Assembly: GCA_964503695.1 (NCBI GenBank)
Contig: CAZDAT010000001.1
Span: 1-30,210, forward strand
DNA length: 30,210 bases
Direction of reading: 5' to 3'
DNA from: an uncultured Lachnospiraceae bacterium
GTDB taxonomy: Bacteria > Bacillota > Clostridia > Lachnospirales > Lachnospiraceae
The position numbers were made by a program, and so were the translations under genes. Position 1 is the stretch's first letter; each line of letters opens with the position of its first letter. Below are positions 1 to 8,403 of this stretch, piece after piece. Under the pieces are notes generated by a model. It saw only the letters and a program-made list of their open reading frames with translations. It made no database searches and was not told where the DNA came from.

Positions 1-475
1 TATTTAATTCATTAAAGATCAGGCTGCGCTTCGTTGCTACAAGCGCACTGTCCGTATTCGCATTGCTTTTATCCCCGATGTAACGGATAGACTGACTCTT
101 TGTATAGACATCATCCATCATATGCACAAAGTCTTTTTTATAATTACGGTAATCCCTGTAGCTTTTTGCCACCACCGGTTTAATATCTTCCAAAGCACTT
201 TCCACAATATTATGCATAATGGGAATCGGAATCTCATCACTGTCCAGTTCATCTACCTTGTCAATCACATACTGACAGATTCTTCGCTGTTCTTCTTCTG
301 TAAATTTTGTCAATGCACGATAGGCACTTTTTCCTACGGCACTGATTACCTTCTGTACATTAAAGGCTTCCGTACTTCCATCCTTTTTAATTACTTTTAT
401 CTTTTTTCTGGGAGTATATTCTTTCCCGAAATCCAGTTCATTCTCTGCTTTCTTTTCTTCAAAATTGCTACCCAT
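1..475 (-). CDS. nrdD: Anaerobic ribonucleoside-triphosphate reductase (class III), N-terminal part; runs off the left edge
   Basis: Not in the ORF track; hand-translated from ATG at 475: MGSNFEEKKAENELDFGKEYTPRKKIKVIKKDGSTEAFNVQKVISAVGKSAYRA...YRDYRNYKKDFVHMMDDVYTKSQSIRYIGDKSNANTDSALVATKRSLIFNELN. ATP-cone start (VIKKDG..E.F...K) plus the NrdD-type segment (DKSNANTDS). RBS GAAAGAAGGG upstream. Confidence 0.92.
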   Translation of the reverse strand, partial: MGSNFEEKKAENELDFGKEYTPRKKIKVIKKDGSTEAFNVQKVISAVGKSAYRALTKFTEEEQRRICQYVIDKVDELDSDEIPIPIMHNIVESALEDIKPVVAKSYRDYRNYKKDFVHMMDDVYTKSQSIRYIGDKSNANTDSALVATKRSLIFNELN

Positions 476-501
476 AAAAACCCTTCTTTCCGTTTTTTGA
501 C

Positions 502-547
502 ATACACAATATTGTGCCGACCTTTTGTTTTTCACTAGATATTGTAG
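502..547. promoter_or_regulatory. Putative tandem NrdR boxes
   Basis: ATACACAATATTGTGC (502-517) and TCACTAGATATTGTAG (532-547) resemble the NrdR consensus acaCwAtATaTwGwg. They are 30 bp apart and lie between the promoter and the nrdD start. Confidence 0.7.
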
Positions 548-559
548 TGACATATTTCA

Positions 560-589
560 AGTATAAAGGCTGCCCCCCTCATCTGTCAA
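560..589 (-). promoter_or_regulatory. SigA-type promoter of nrdD
   Basis: TTGACA (589-584), N18, TATACT (565-560) on the minus strand. Confidence 0.7.
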
Positions 590-603
590 CATTAAAAATA
601 ACA

Positions 604-638
604 AAGAAAAAAATGGCAATTTTTGTACAATCACCATT
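604..638 (-). terminator. Intrinsic terminator after the small membrane protein gene
   Basis: Minus strand AATGGTGATT-gtacaaa-AATTGCCATT (G:U pairs) followed by a T-run. Confidence 0.6.
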
Positions 639-669
639 CCTTCTCATTTGTTATTTTCATCTGATATTC

Positions 670-831
670 TTAACTAAGCTTTGGAGTTTCTTTTTGGTTT
701 TGCTCTTTTAAGTCTTTATTTTTGCGAAGCTTAATTCCAGCAAAAACTGCTACAAGACACAATAAAACTATAAGTCCGAATAATAAAAAATAAGATAAAA
801 ATGCATTTACAAATGCAATCAGATTACTCAT
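670..831 (-). CDS. 53-aa single-pass membrane protein of unknown function
   Basis: Not in the ORF track. MSNLIAFVNAFLSYFLLFGLIVLLCLVAVFAGIKLRKNKDLKEQNQKETPKLS*. Hydrophobic helix then a basic stop-transfer segment; RBS-like AAAGG/GGTGAG; own promoter and terminator. Confidence 0.8.
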   Translation of the reverse strand: MSNLIAFVNAFLSYFLLFGLIVLLCLVAVFAGIKLRKNKDLKEQNQKETPKLS

Positions 832-861
832 TTAACTCACCATACCTTTCTTACTGTCACT

Positions 862-891
862 ATCATAGCATTATCTTCTTTCCCCAGTCAA
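862..891 (-). promoter_or_regulatory. SigA-type promoter with extended -10, for the small ORF
   Basis: TTGACT (891-886), N18, TATGAT (867-862) preceded by TGc. Confidence 0.6.
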
Positions 892-906
892 GCCTTCCGC
901 CAAACT

Positions 907-1389
907 TTACTCTTCCATCGGGTCCACCAGCAGATTGGTTCCGTCTGCGGCTTTCGTTGCAAGCTCATCACATCTTTCATTCTCCGGATGTCCGGCATGT
1001 CCCTTAATCCACTGGAATTTTACCTGATGGGGTTCCATGGCTTTTAAAAGCCTGAGCCACAAGGACTTATTTTTCACAGGCTTTTTGGCACTGTTTTTCC
1101 AGTTATTTTTAAGCCAGCTTTCTATCCAGTGCTTATTAAAAGCATCGGTCACATATTTGGAATCCGAAACCACCGTTACCTGACAAGGCTTCTTTAGTGC
1201 TTCCATCCCTACGATAACTGCCATAAGCTCCATACGGTTATTGGTAGTTTTTACATACCCTGCCGAAAATTCCCTGACATGCAATTCTCCCCTGGAGTCT
1301 GTATAATGAAGAACGCATCCATAGCCTCCCGGTCCGTCGGGATTTCCCCTGGCTGCCCCGTCAGAATATAAGGTTACCTGCATATCCAT
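907..1389 (-). CDS. rnhA: Ribonuclease HI
   Basis: YSDGAARGNP, TTNNRMEL, SDSKYV, WIKGHAGHPENERCDELA: full RNase HI catalytic set. Probable start is ATG 1383 (GGGGAG RBS). Confidence 0.97.
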   Translation of the reverse strand: MDMQVTLYSDGAARGNPDGPGGYGCVLHYTDSRGELHVREFSAGYVKTTNNRMELMAVIVGMEALKKPCQVTVVSDSKYVTDAFNKHWIESWLKNNWKNSAKKPVKNKSLWLRLLKAMEPHQVKFQWIKGHAGHPENERCDELATKAADGTNLLVDPMEE

Positions 1390-3059
1390 TCTCCCCTTTC
1401 CGTAAAGTTTTTAATCATTTCTCTTGCTTTTTCAATCAATACATTATCATACCCCAGATGAGCCAGCAAATCAATGGCATTACAGCCTTCTTCCCTGCCT
1501 TTTTTTAACTGGTAAGAAAAGAAAACCTCTCCCTTCACTACGGATTTTTCAAAATGATAATTTTCATAATCCTTTTCCAGTGTTTTGGTTAATTCTACAT
1601 CATGGGTAGCCGCGATACATAAAACACCCTGTTCAGCCATGGTCTTTAAAATCTGTGTAGACGCGGCTATCCTTTCCAGGGTATTGGTTCCCCTTAACAC
1701 CTCATCTATCATGCAGATGACCTGCTTTTCTTCCTTTGCCGCATCTAAAATTCTTTTGATTGCCTTGACTTCTGCCACATAATAGCTTTCCTTCAATTCA
1801 AGGCTGTCCTTTACAGACATGGAAGTATAAAGACTGCTAAACGGCAGTTTAACTTCTTCTGCCGTGCAGGTATGGATTGTCTGTGCCAGCAAAATGTTGA
1901 TTGCTGTCGTTTTCAAAAAGGTAGATTTCCCGGAGGCATTGGATCCGGTTAACAGCATACTCCTTTCCATGGAAAAGGAATTGGAAACCGGATTTTCCAA
2001 AAGCGGATGGTATATTCCTCTGGCAAAAAACTGCTTCTTGTTTTCAAACTCCGGTTTGCAGGTCTGCTTTAAGAATTTACGGTACTGCACAATGGCGGTA
2101 CAGGCATCTGCCTCGCCTAAAATTTCATAAAGCTTCCATATCTCATTTTCCTTTTGCTGCAGCTCATACAGCATTTGGTTAAATTTTATTAAATCCAGAT
2201 GCAGACACATTCTTAAATAATCCAGAATCAGTTCGATTCCCTCTCCGGCCATCCTGCCCGGTACACCCACTAAAAATGAATTTTTTTGAACCTTTTTCAT
2301 GGAAAAAAGTATCTTTTCTAACTGCTCCTTTTCCTCATTCCATTCTTCCGGCAATATTTTTACAAGCTCCCCGGCATCCTTAAGGCTTTTTAAAAGATAA
2401 CGCAGACTTATCAGATAAGGCTCCATAAATGCCTTGTCTTTAAAATATGCCGTTATATTATATAAAATCAGAAGAAAGAAAGCTCCCATACCAAGATACA
2501 GATGAAACTGCATAAAAAAAAGGGAAAAAATAATCAAAAAGATAACCGCATAATGAATCCTGTTGCTTTTTGCATTTTCCTGCATCAGATACGTTATATA
2601 ATCTGAAAAAGAATATTTCTTAATTCTTCCGATATCCGCAAAAAGAACCTGTAGCTTTATTCGGGTTTCCTCCTGATTTTCCAGACAGGAAAGCTTCTTC
2701 TCCCTTTCCAGTAAAACCATTTTCTCCTTCGCGGGATTATGCAGTAAAAAATACAGATAATCGTCACCGACAGAAGAACCGGTATATGCCATCTGCCTAA
2801 AAATAAGGTCCATGTCCAAATCATTCCAGGTCAGTTCATCAATGCTCTCTTTTGTACTTCGTTTCTTACTGTAATGAGAGATTTTTTCCAGTTCCTGTGG
2901 TGTCCATTTTCTTTGATTTTCTTTTCCATAATCTTCTTTTAATTTACAGATTAATTTTTCTGTCTTTTTTTTATTTATGACATAGCCATTGCCAATCATA
3001 AACACAAAAAGGAAGAGAAAAATTCCCAAAAAAACAATTTCTGTCATCCAATTCTCCAT
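1374..3059 (-). CDS. Membrane-anchored MutS-family (domain V) ATPase
   Basis: Walker A GSNASGKST, Walker B IDEVLRGTN, ATHD. Hydrophobic segments at the N-terminus and at ~aa 170-205; no mismatch-binding domain I. Probable start ATG 3047 (GGAG upstream). Confidence 0.85.
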   Translation of the reverse strand: MENWMTEIVFLGIFLFLFVFMIGNGYVINKKKTEKLICKLKEDYGKENQRKWTPQELEKISHYSKKRSTKESIDELTWNDLDMDLIFRQMAYTGSSVGDDYLYFLLHNPAKEKMVLLEREKKLSCLENQEETRIKLQVLFADIGRIKKYSFSDYITYLMQENAKSNRIHYAVIFLIIFSLFFMQFHLYLGMGAFFLLILYNITAYFKDKAFMEPYLISLRYLLKSLKDAGELVKILPEEWNEEKEQLEKILFSMKKVQKNSFLVGVPGRMAGEGIELILDYLRMCLHLDLIKFNQMLYELQQKENEIWKLYEILGEADACTAIVQYRKFLKQTCKPEFENKKQFFARGIYHPLLENPVSNSFSMERSMLLTGSNASGKSTFLKTTAINILLAQTIHTCTAEEVKLPFSSLYTSMSVKDSLELKESYYVAEVKAIKRILDAAKEEKQVICMIDEVLRGTNTLERIAASTQILKTMAEQGVLCIAATHDVELTKTLEKDYENYHFEKSVVKGEVFFSYQLKKGREEGCNAIDLLAHLGYDNVLIEKAREMIKNFTERGEWICR

Positions 3060-3073
3060 TTTATAAAAGCTAT

Positions 3074-3113
3074 AAAAGGGCTGTCTAAAACTAATATTTT
3101 GCAGCCCTCTTTT
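3074..3113 (-). terminator. Hairpin / possible terminator between the deaminase and the MutS-like gene
   Basis: AGGGCTG (3077-3083) and CAGCCCT (3102-3108) stem, with T-runs on both sides. Confidence 0.5.
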
Positions 3114-3123
3114 ACTTAATTAC

Positions 3124-4401
3124 TTAACGCAAACGTTCTAAAATCGTATTGGCTTTTGCGTAAATATCTTCTACATCAATTCCTTCTGCAAACGCTCCAT
3201 TTTCATAAAGAATTTTTCCATTAATCATGGTCATCTTTACATTCATTTTACTTCCGCTGTATACAATGTTTTTTGCAATATTATTCAAAGGCTGCATATT
3301 CGGCTGTTTCAAATCAATCATAATGATGTCTGCCATTTTTCCCTCTGCCAGTACATCACAATCCTCTAAGCCCATGGAATATGCACCATTTTTGGTTGCC
3401 ATGGAGAGTACTTTAATGGCATCTACGGCAGCAGGGTCATTTTCCTTTAACTTTGCAAGTGCCGTTACCAAAAACATTTCCCGGAACATATCCAGACAGT
3501 TGTTGCTGGAGGCTCCATCGGTTCCGATTCCCACATTGATTCCTTTTCGCAAATACTCTCCTATGGGAGCAATACCGCTGGCAAGCTTTGCATTGGAAGC
3601 AGGGTTGGTAATGACACTGATGTTGTGGCGTTTTAATATCTCCATATCTTCCTTCGTGGGATGTACCCCATGGTAAATAGAGCCGCCAAAATCAAATAAG
3701 CCCAGTTCTTCAAACAATGCCGGAGGGGTCATCTGATAACGGCTTTCACATTCTTCTACCTCTGTCTTTGTTTCAGACATATGAACATAAAGCGGTGCTT
3801 TATACTTGTGAATCAGTTCAGACACCTGTTCCAGAAGCTCCCTTGAGCAGGTATATTCTGCATGGACTCCCATTTTATAGGAAACCAAATCATATTTTCC
3901 GTTCAGCTTGTTAAAACGTTCTTCCATGACACATAATGCTGGTCCGAACTTATTCAGGCCGCTGACAAGCACACACCTCATTCCCATATCGTTACAGGCA
4001 TCTGCAATGGTTTCCGGGGTCAGGTACATATCCCCAATTGCCGTAATACCACTGGTAAGGTATTCAAGAATTGCAAGCTTTGTCAAATCATAACAGTCCT
4101 CTCCTGTCATTTTTGCTTCCCTTGGAAAAATCTCATTGTTCAGCCAGTCCTGCAAATTATAATCGTCACACAGAGAACGGAACACCGTCATGGCTGAATG
4201 GGTATGGGCATTTTTAAATCCGGGCATTAAAAGATTTTTCTCACAATCTATCTGTCTGTCCCAGATAATTTCTTCCGCAAATTCTTTTTTCTCGCTTCCT
4301 ACATAAAAAATACGATTTTCCTTTACCCAGATTTCACCCTCATTAATGACTCCCGGTTCTTCCATTGTCATGATTCTTGCATTATATAAACGAATATTCA
4401 T
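3124..4401 (-). CDS. Amidohydrolase, MtaD/SsnA-like (putative nucleoside/MTA-SAH deaminase)
   Basis: NAHTHSAM (HxH), HAEY, HMSET, GTDGASSNN, ADIIMID metal-binding pattern. Substrate cannot be assigned from sequence alone. Confidence 0.85.
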   Translation of the reverse strand: MNIRLYNARIMTMEEPGVINEGEIWVKENRIFYVGSEKKEFAEEIIWDRQIDCEKNLLMPGFKNAHTHSAMTVFRSLCDDYNLQDWLNNEIFPREAKMTGEDCYDLTKLAILEYLTSGITAIGDMYLTPETIADACNDMGMRCVLVSGLNKFGPALCVMEERFNKLNGKYDLVSYKMGVHAEYTCSRELLEQVSELIHKYKAPLYVHMSETKTEVEECESRYQMTPPALFEELGLFDFGGSIYHGVHPTKEDMEILKRHNISVITNPASNAKLASGIAPIGEYLRKGINVGIGTDGASSNNCLDMFREMFLVTALAKLKENDPAAVDAIKVLSMATKNGAYSMGLEDCDVLAEGKMADIIMIDLKQPNMQPLNNIAKNIVYSGSKMNVKMTMINGKILYENGAFAEGIDVEDIYAKANTILERLR

Positions 4402-4433
4402 TTGTTTTTTCCTCTTCTTTCCAAATTTTTCCC

Positions 4434-5582
4434 TTATTTTGTCATTCCCAGAAGACGCAGCTTTAAATCATTTTCAATACGATTCAGTTCCGCTTCTGCC
4501 TGTTTTCTTTTTTCTTTTCCTTCTGCCTGTATCTGCACCACTTCATCCAGAGTCTGGATTAATAACTGATTGGTTTCCGTAAGGGTCTGAATATCGACAA
4601 TACTTCTTTCCGAAGCTTTTGCAGTTTCCACAGTAGACTGATGAAGAATGGCTGCATTTTTCTTCAAAAGCTCATTGGTCACATCCGTAACTGCCTGCTG
4701 TGCCCTGGCAGCCTCTGCGGAACGGTTCATTCCCAGAGCCAGAACCATCTGGCTTTTCCAGAGCGGAATGGTATTGACCAGGGTGGACTGGATTTTTTCT
4801 GCCATAACCGTATCATTATTCTGAATCAGCCTTATCTGGGGTGCCATCTGCAGGGAAATAGTTTTGGTAAGCTCCAAATCATGGATTTTCTTTTCAAAAC
4901 GTTCCAGCATGGATTTCATGTCACTTACTTCCTGTGCATCCTGTGCCAGACCGCTTTTTTGTGCCTTTTCCATCAGTTGCGGCAGTTCTGTTTTCTGTAC
5001 TCTTTCCATCTTTTCTTTTCCGGCAAGAATGTACATATTCAGTTCTTTAAAATAATTCTTATTGATTTCATACATCTTGTCCAGCATGGCAGTATCCTTC
5101 ATCAGTTGTACCTGATGTCCTTCCAGTACCTCTACCATGGTATTCACATTATTTTCAGCTTTTGCATATTTAGTTTTCATGGCTTCAATATTATTGCCTG
5201 CTTTTTTAAAGATTCCAAAAATCCCCTTTTTTTCCTCTTCGTCAAAGCACTTTAGCTGGCTGACTACATCTGTTAAAAGGTCTCCCACTTCTCCCAGGTC
5301 TTTGCTTCTTACATTCTCCAGTGCACTTTCGGAAAAATCCGCAATCTTCTTTTGTGCCCCGGCACCGTACTGAAGCACCATTCCGGTATTTTTCAAATCA
5401 ATTTTACTGGCAAAATCCTGTACCATCTTTTTTTCAGCATCCGTAAGCCTGAGGCTTTCCATTTCCCTCTGTACTTCTGAAATTCCGGTTTCTTCCACAC
5501 TTACTTCTTCTTTTGTTTCCTTTGAAAAAGGTTCCAATGTTAATTCCGGTTCCCGAATTTCTGCATCTTCTATTCTTTCCAT
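4434..5582 (-). CDS. telA: Toxic anion resistance protein (TelA/YaaN family)
   Basis: LQYGAGAQKKIADFS, QMAPQIRLIQ, IPLWKSQM motifs. Start revised from 5630 to ATG 5582 (AAAGGAG RBS). Confidence 0.92.
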   Translation of the reverse strand: MERIEDAEIREPELTLEPFSKETKEEVSVEETGISEVQREMESLRLTDAEKKMVQDFASKIDLKNTGMVLQYGAGAQKKIADFSESALENVRSKDLGEVGDLLTDVVSQLKCFDEEEKKGIFGIFKKAGNNIEAMKTKYAKAENNVNTMVEVLEGHQVQLMKDTAMLDKMYEINKNYFKELNMYILAGKEKMERVQKTELPQLMEKAQKSGLAQDAQEVSDMKSMLERFEKKIHDLELTKTISLQMAPQIRLIQNNDTVMAEKIQSTLVNTIPLWKSQMVLALGMNRSAEAARAQQAVTDVTNELLKKNAAILHQSTVETAKASERSIVDIQTLTETNQLLIQTLDEVVQIQAEGKEKRKQAEAELNRIENDLKLRLLGMTK

Positions 5583-5639
5583 GCTTTTCTCCTTTACATA
5601 TCCCGATATTTTTTTCCGGCATTTTTTCATGTTTTAAGT

Positions 5640-6659
5640 TTATGACAAAGAATGAAGTTCCCCCTCAATCAGACCTTCCTGTGACATCATGGTCTCCAAA
5701 ACGTCTAAATCTGTGGAAACATCTAAAACATCCTCCTGAAACAGCTTTTCCCGCAACGTGCCAAAAGCCGTAATTACTTTTTCCAGGGTCTCCCTGATTT
5801 CCCGCTTGCTTTCTTCCAGCTGTTCACTGGGAACTCTTTCATTTTCAAAATCACGATAAGTGGTAACCACTTTCACTGTCATGGGAAGATAATACTGCAT
5901 CAGTTTTCGAAGCTCGAAACGCTTTTCCGGTTTTCTTTTCACCGTAGTAAAAATACTGTCAATTATATGTTCTATCTGCTCCAGCTGGCTGCTGATATCT
6001 TCCCCTAAAATTTCATCATTTAATCTGCGAATCTGCCGGATATAAAGATTTCCCTCTTCCAGTATCTGTGCCACTTCCTTTTGTACCGGGTCATTTTCCA
6101 GACTTTGTTTTTCTAACTCCTCCTGTTGCCTTAACAGCCTTCCCTCTTCTGCCAGCCTGTATTGTTCATACACTTTGTCCGTCAGCATAAACTGGGTCTT
6201 CCTGTCGTCAAATCTTCCCTCTAAAAACCACTTCTCTTCTATCATAAATTCCAAATCTTTAATTACCGTTCTGGTCTTTTTTGCTACTGCACCAGCCAGC
6301 TCCTCTATGGATGCAAACTGCTTTTTTTCAAGCAGTTTCATATAACGGACATATCGGTCTGCCCGGTCAGAATATGCTTTACCTTTTCTTAATTCATAAA
6401 TTCCATAGCCTGTAATTGCTCCATAAATCACAAGCTTTCTTAACATGGCAAAAGCACCCAGCATTGCCGCTGCCTCCAGGGCACCTAACAGCTTAAAAAC
6501 CCCGAAAGCCGTTACCAGAATGCCCCAGCTGATTTTACTCTTATATTCAGAAATTCCTGCCGGTTTTTTGACTGCGGGAAGTATTTCCTTTATCACTTTT
6601 TTATTCGGTGTGGTATATTGATATTCATATAATTCCTGTTTTTTCTTCTTTTTTCCCAT
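5640..6659 (-). CDS. XpaC-like protein (5-bromo-4-chloroindolyl phosphate hydrolysis family)
   Basis: N-terminal TM pair; C-terminal LRKLMQYYLPMTVKVVTTY and DVSTDLDVLETMMSQEGL; sits directly upstream of telA, as in the xpaC-yaaN arrangement. Confidence 0.85.
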   Translation of the reverse strand: MGKKKKKQELYEYQYTTPNKKVIKEILPAVKKPAGISEYKSKISWGILVTAFGVFKLLGALEAAAMLGAFAMLRKLVIYGAITGYGIYELRKGKAYSDRADRYVRYMKLLEKKQFASIEELAGAVAKKTRTVIKDLEFMIEEKWFLEGRFDDRKTQFMLTDKVYEQYRLAEEGRLLRQQEELEKQSLENDPVQKEVAQILEEGNLYIRQIRRLNDEILGEDISSQLEQIEHIIDSIFTTVKRKPEKRFELRKLMQYYLPMTVKVVTTYRDFENERVPSEQLEESKREIRETLEKVITAFGTLREKLFQEDVLDVSTDLDVLETMMSQEGLIEGELHSLS

Positions 6660-6759
6660 ATTCCCATCCTGCGTATCCTTTTTTGTTATAGATTAACGTG
6701 TCAAAAGTAATTACGGATGATTTTGCTTATCTGGTAGCTTCCGCACTGCTTTCTGATAT

Positions 6760-6795
6760 AAAAATAGCGACGTCAGTATATAACGCCACTATTTT
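6760..6795 (-). terminator. spoIVA terminator
   Basis: Minus strand AAAATAGTGGCGT-loop-ACGTCGCTATTTTT. Confidence 0.7.
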
Positions 6796-6821
6796 ATCAT
6801 AAATATACTTTTTTTGATAGA

Positions 6822-8309
6822 TTAAATAATAATAAAAATCATTCCACCGTTACTTTCATTCAATATTTTCTGCATGGTCTCCTGTAGATTTTTCTGGCTG
6901 TCCTCTCCGACAGTCTCTACTTTCCTCTGAATCCCATCCTGAATCAGCTGTTCTACCGTTTTTCCAAAGATATTGATTTCCCAGATTTCCTTTCCGTTTT
7001 TCTTTTCTTCCTTGATATAATCAATCAGGTCATTAGCCTGTTGTTCTGAACCTACAATGGGTGCAATTTCCGTCGTGATGTTTGCACGTATCATATGAAT
7101 TGACGGACTGTCTGCTTTAATCTTTACTCCGTATTTACTGCCATGCTTTACAATCTGTGCTTCCTCCAGTGCAATTTCTTCTTTTAAGGGAGTTACCACG
7201 CCATAACCGGACATCCGCACACTTTCCATCGCCTGTAATACTTTTTCATATTCCTGTTTTCTTTGTGCATATTCTTTTAATAAATCCAATAACTGATACT
7301 GATTCTTTATTTCTTCGTTTGTAATTTCACCAAGCATTTCATAATAATATTTATCGTCTACCTCGATGTTATAGGTTACCCTGCCCTCTGCCATGGAAAT
7401 TTCCCGGCAGTTACATCTCTTTAAATAATTTCCCTGCAGGCTGTCTTCACGGGTCATGACATCACTCATCTTGTCAACCTGCTGCATTAATTCCTTAATT
7501 TTTTCCATAATCTCCTGTTTCACAGGATGCGTCAGGGCAAGACTTTCCACCCATTTCGGCACAAAAAATTCCATACTGGTCACAGGAAATTCATACAAAG
7601 CTTTTTTTAATACTTTATAAATGTCTTCTTTTTTCATTTGCAGACAGTTTACCGCCATGGCCGCCACCTGATATTTCTCTTCCATATTTTCTACAAGCTG
7701 CAGGGTTTCCTCACTGTATGGCTTGATGGAATTTACCAGTACCACAAAAGGTTTTCTGATATTTTTCAGTTCTGCGATTGTTTTTTCTTCTGCCTGTAAA
7801 TAATCTTTTCGTTCCAGTTCTCCGATGCTTCCGTCTGTTGTAACCACAATTCCTATGGTTGCATGGTCATTGATTACTTTCTGTGTTCCAATTTCCGCTG
7901 CTTTTGTAAAAGGAATGGCTTCTTTATGCCATGGCGTTTTTACCATTCTCTCGGTACCTTCTTCCATATGCCCCGTGGCACCATTCACCAGAAAGCCCAC
8001 ACAATCTATTAACCGGAGCAATACCTGTACCTCATCCGATAATTTTACCCTGACCGCTTCTTTGGGAATAAATTTCGGTTCCGTTGTGGTAATTGTTTTT
8101 CCCGATGCACTTTGAGGCATTTCATCCATGGTTCGTTTTCTTTCTTCATCCTCTTCTATCTGGGGCAGTACCAGAAGGTCCATAAATCTTTTTATAAAAG
8201 TCGATTTTCCCGTTCTTACAGGTCCTACCACCCCTAAATATATTTCTCCCCTGGTACGTTCTTTCACATCTTTATATAAGTCGTATGTATTCTTCGTATA
8301 AAAATCCAT
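6822..8309 (-). CDS. spoIVA: Stage IV sporulation protein A (spore coat morphogenetic ATPase)
   Basis: GEIYLGVVGPVRTGKSTFIKRFM, DEMPQSASGKTITTTEPKF, IAPIVGSEQQ; GGAGG RBS. Confidence 0.98.
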   Translation of the reverse strand: MDFYTKNTYDLYKDVKERTRGEIYLGVVGPVRTGKSTFIKRFMDLLVLPQIEEDEERKRTMDEMPQSASGKTITTTEPKFIPKEAVRVKLSDEVQVLLRLIDCVGFLVNGATGHMEEGTERMVKTPWHKEAIPFTKAAEIGTQKVINDHATIGIVVTTDGSIGELERKDYLQAEEKTIAELKNIRKPFVVLVNSIKPYSEETLQLVENMEEKYQVAAMAVNCLQMKKEDIYKVLKKALYEFPVTSMEFFVPKWVESLALTHPVKQEIMEKIKELMQQVDKMSDVMTREDSLQGNYLKRCNCREISMAEGRVTYNIEVDDKYYYEMLGEITNEEIKNQYQLLDLLKEYAQRKQEYEKVLQAMESVRMSGYGVVTPLKEEIALEEAQIVKHGSKYGVKIKADSPSIHMIRANITTEIAPIVGSEQQANDLIDYIKEEKKNGKEIWEINIFGKTVEQLIQDGIQRKVETVGEDSQKNLQETMQKILNESNGGMIFIII

Positions 8310-8342
8310 GCTAATGCCTCCACCTGCCGATATAGTATTATA

Positions 8343-8371
8343 AATATATGAAAAAAGAGAGGGGAAAATGC
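8343..8371 (-). promoter_or_regulatory. Putative sigma-E promoter of spoIVA
   Basis: GCATTTT (8371-8365), N14, CATATATT (8350-8343) fits the sigma-E pattern kmATATT-N14-CATAcanT. Confidence 0.65.
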
Positions 8372-8385
8372 TTCCCTTCTCTTTT
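8351..8385 (-). terminator. Terminator of the DUF3048 gene, overlapping the sigma-E promoter
   Basis: Minus strand AGAGAAGGGAA-gcatt-TTCCCCTCTCT followed by a T-run. Confidence 0.65.
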
Positions 8386-8403
8386 CTTTTTCACATTTTT
8401 TAT

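Noticed and set aside
122-538. 138-aa + strand ORF
   Set aside because: Antisense shadow of nrdD; no RBS or motif.
1374-3059. Canonical mutS or mutS2
   Set aside because: Too short, has TM helices, lacks mismatch-binding and Smr domains, and no mutL is nearby.
6661-6760. ECF (sigma-W-like) promoter for xpaC-telA
   Set aside because: No TGAAAC-N16-CGTA match at correct spacing; TTGACA and TATAAC here are only 8 nt apart.
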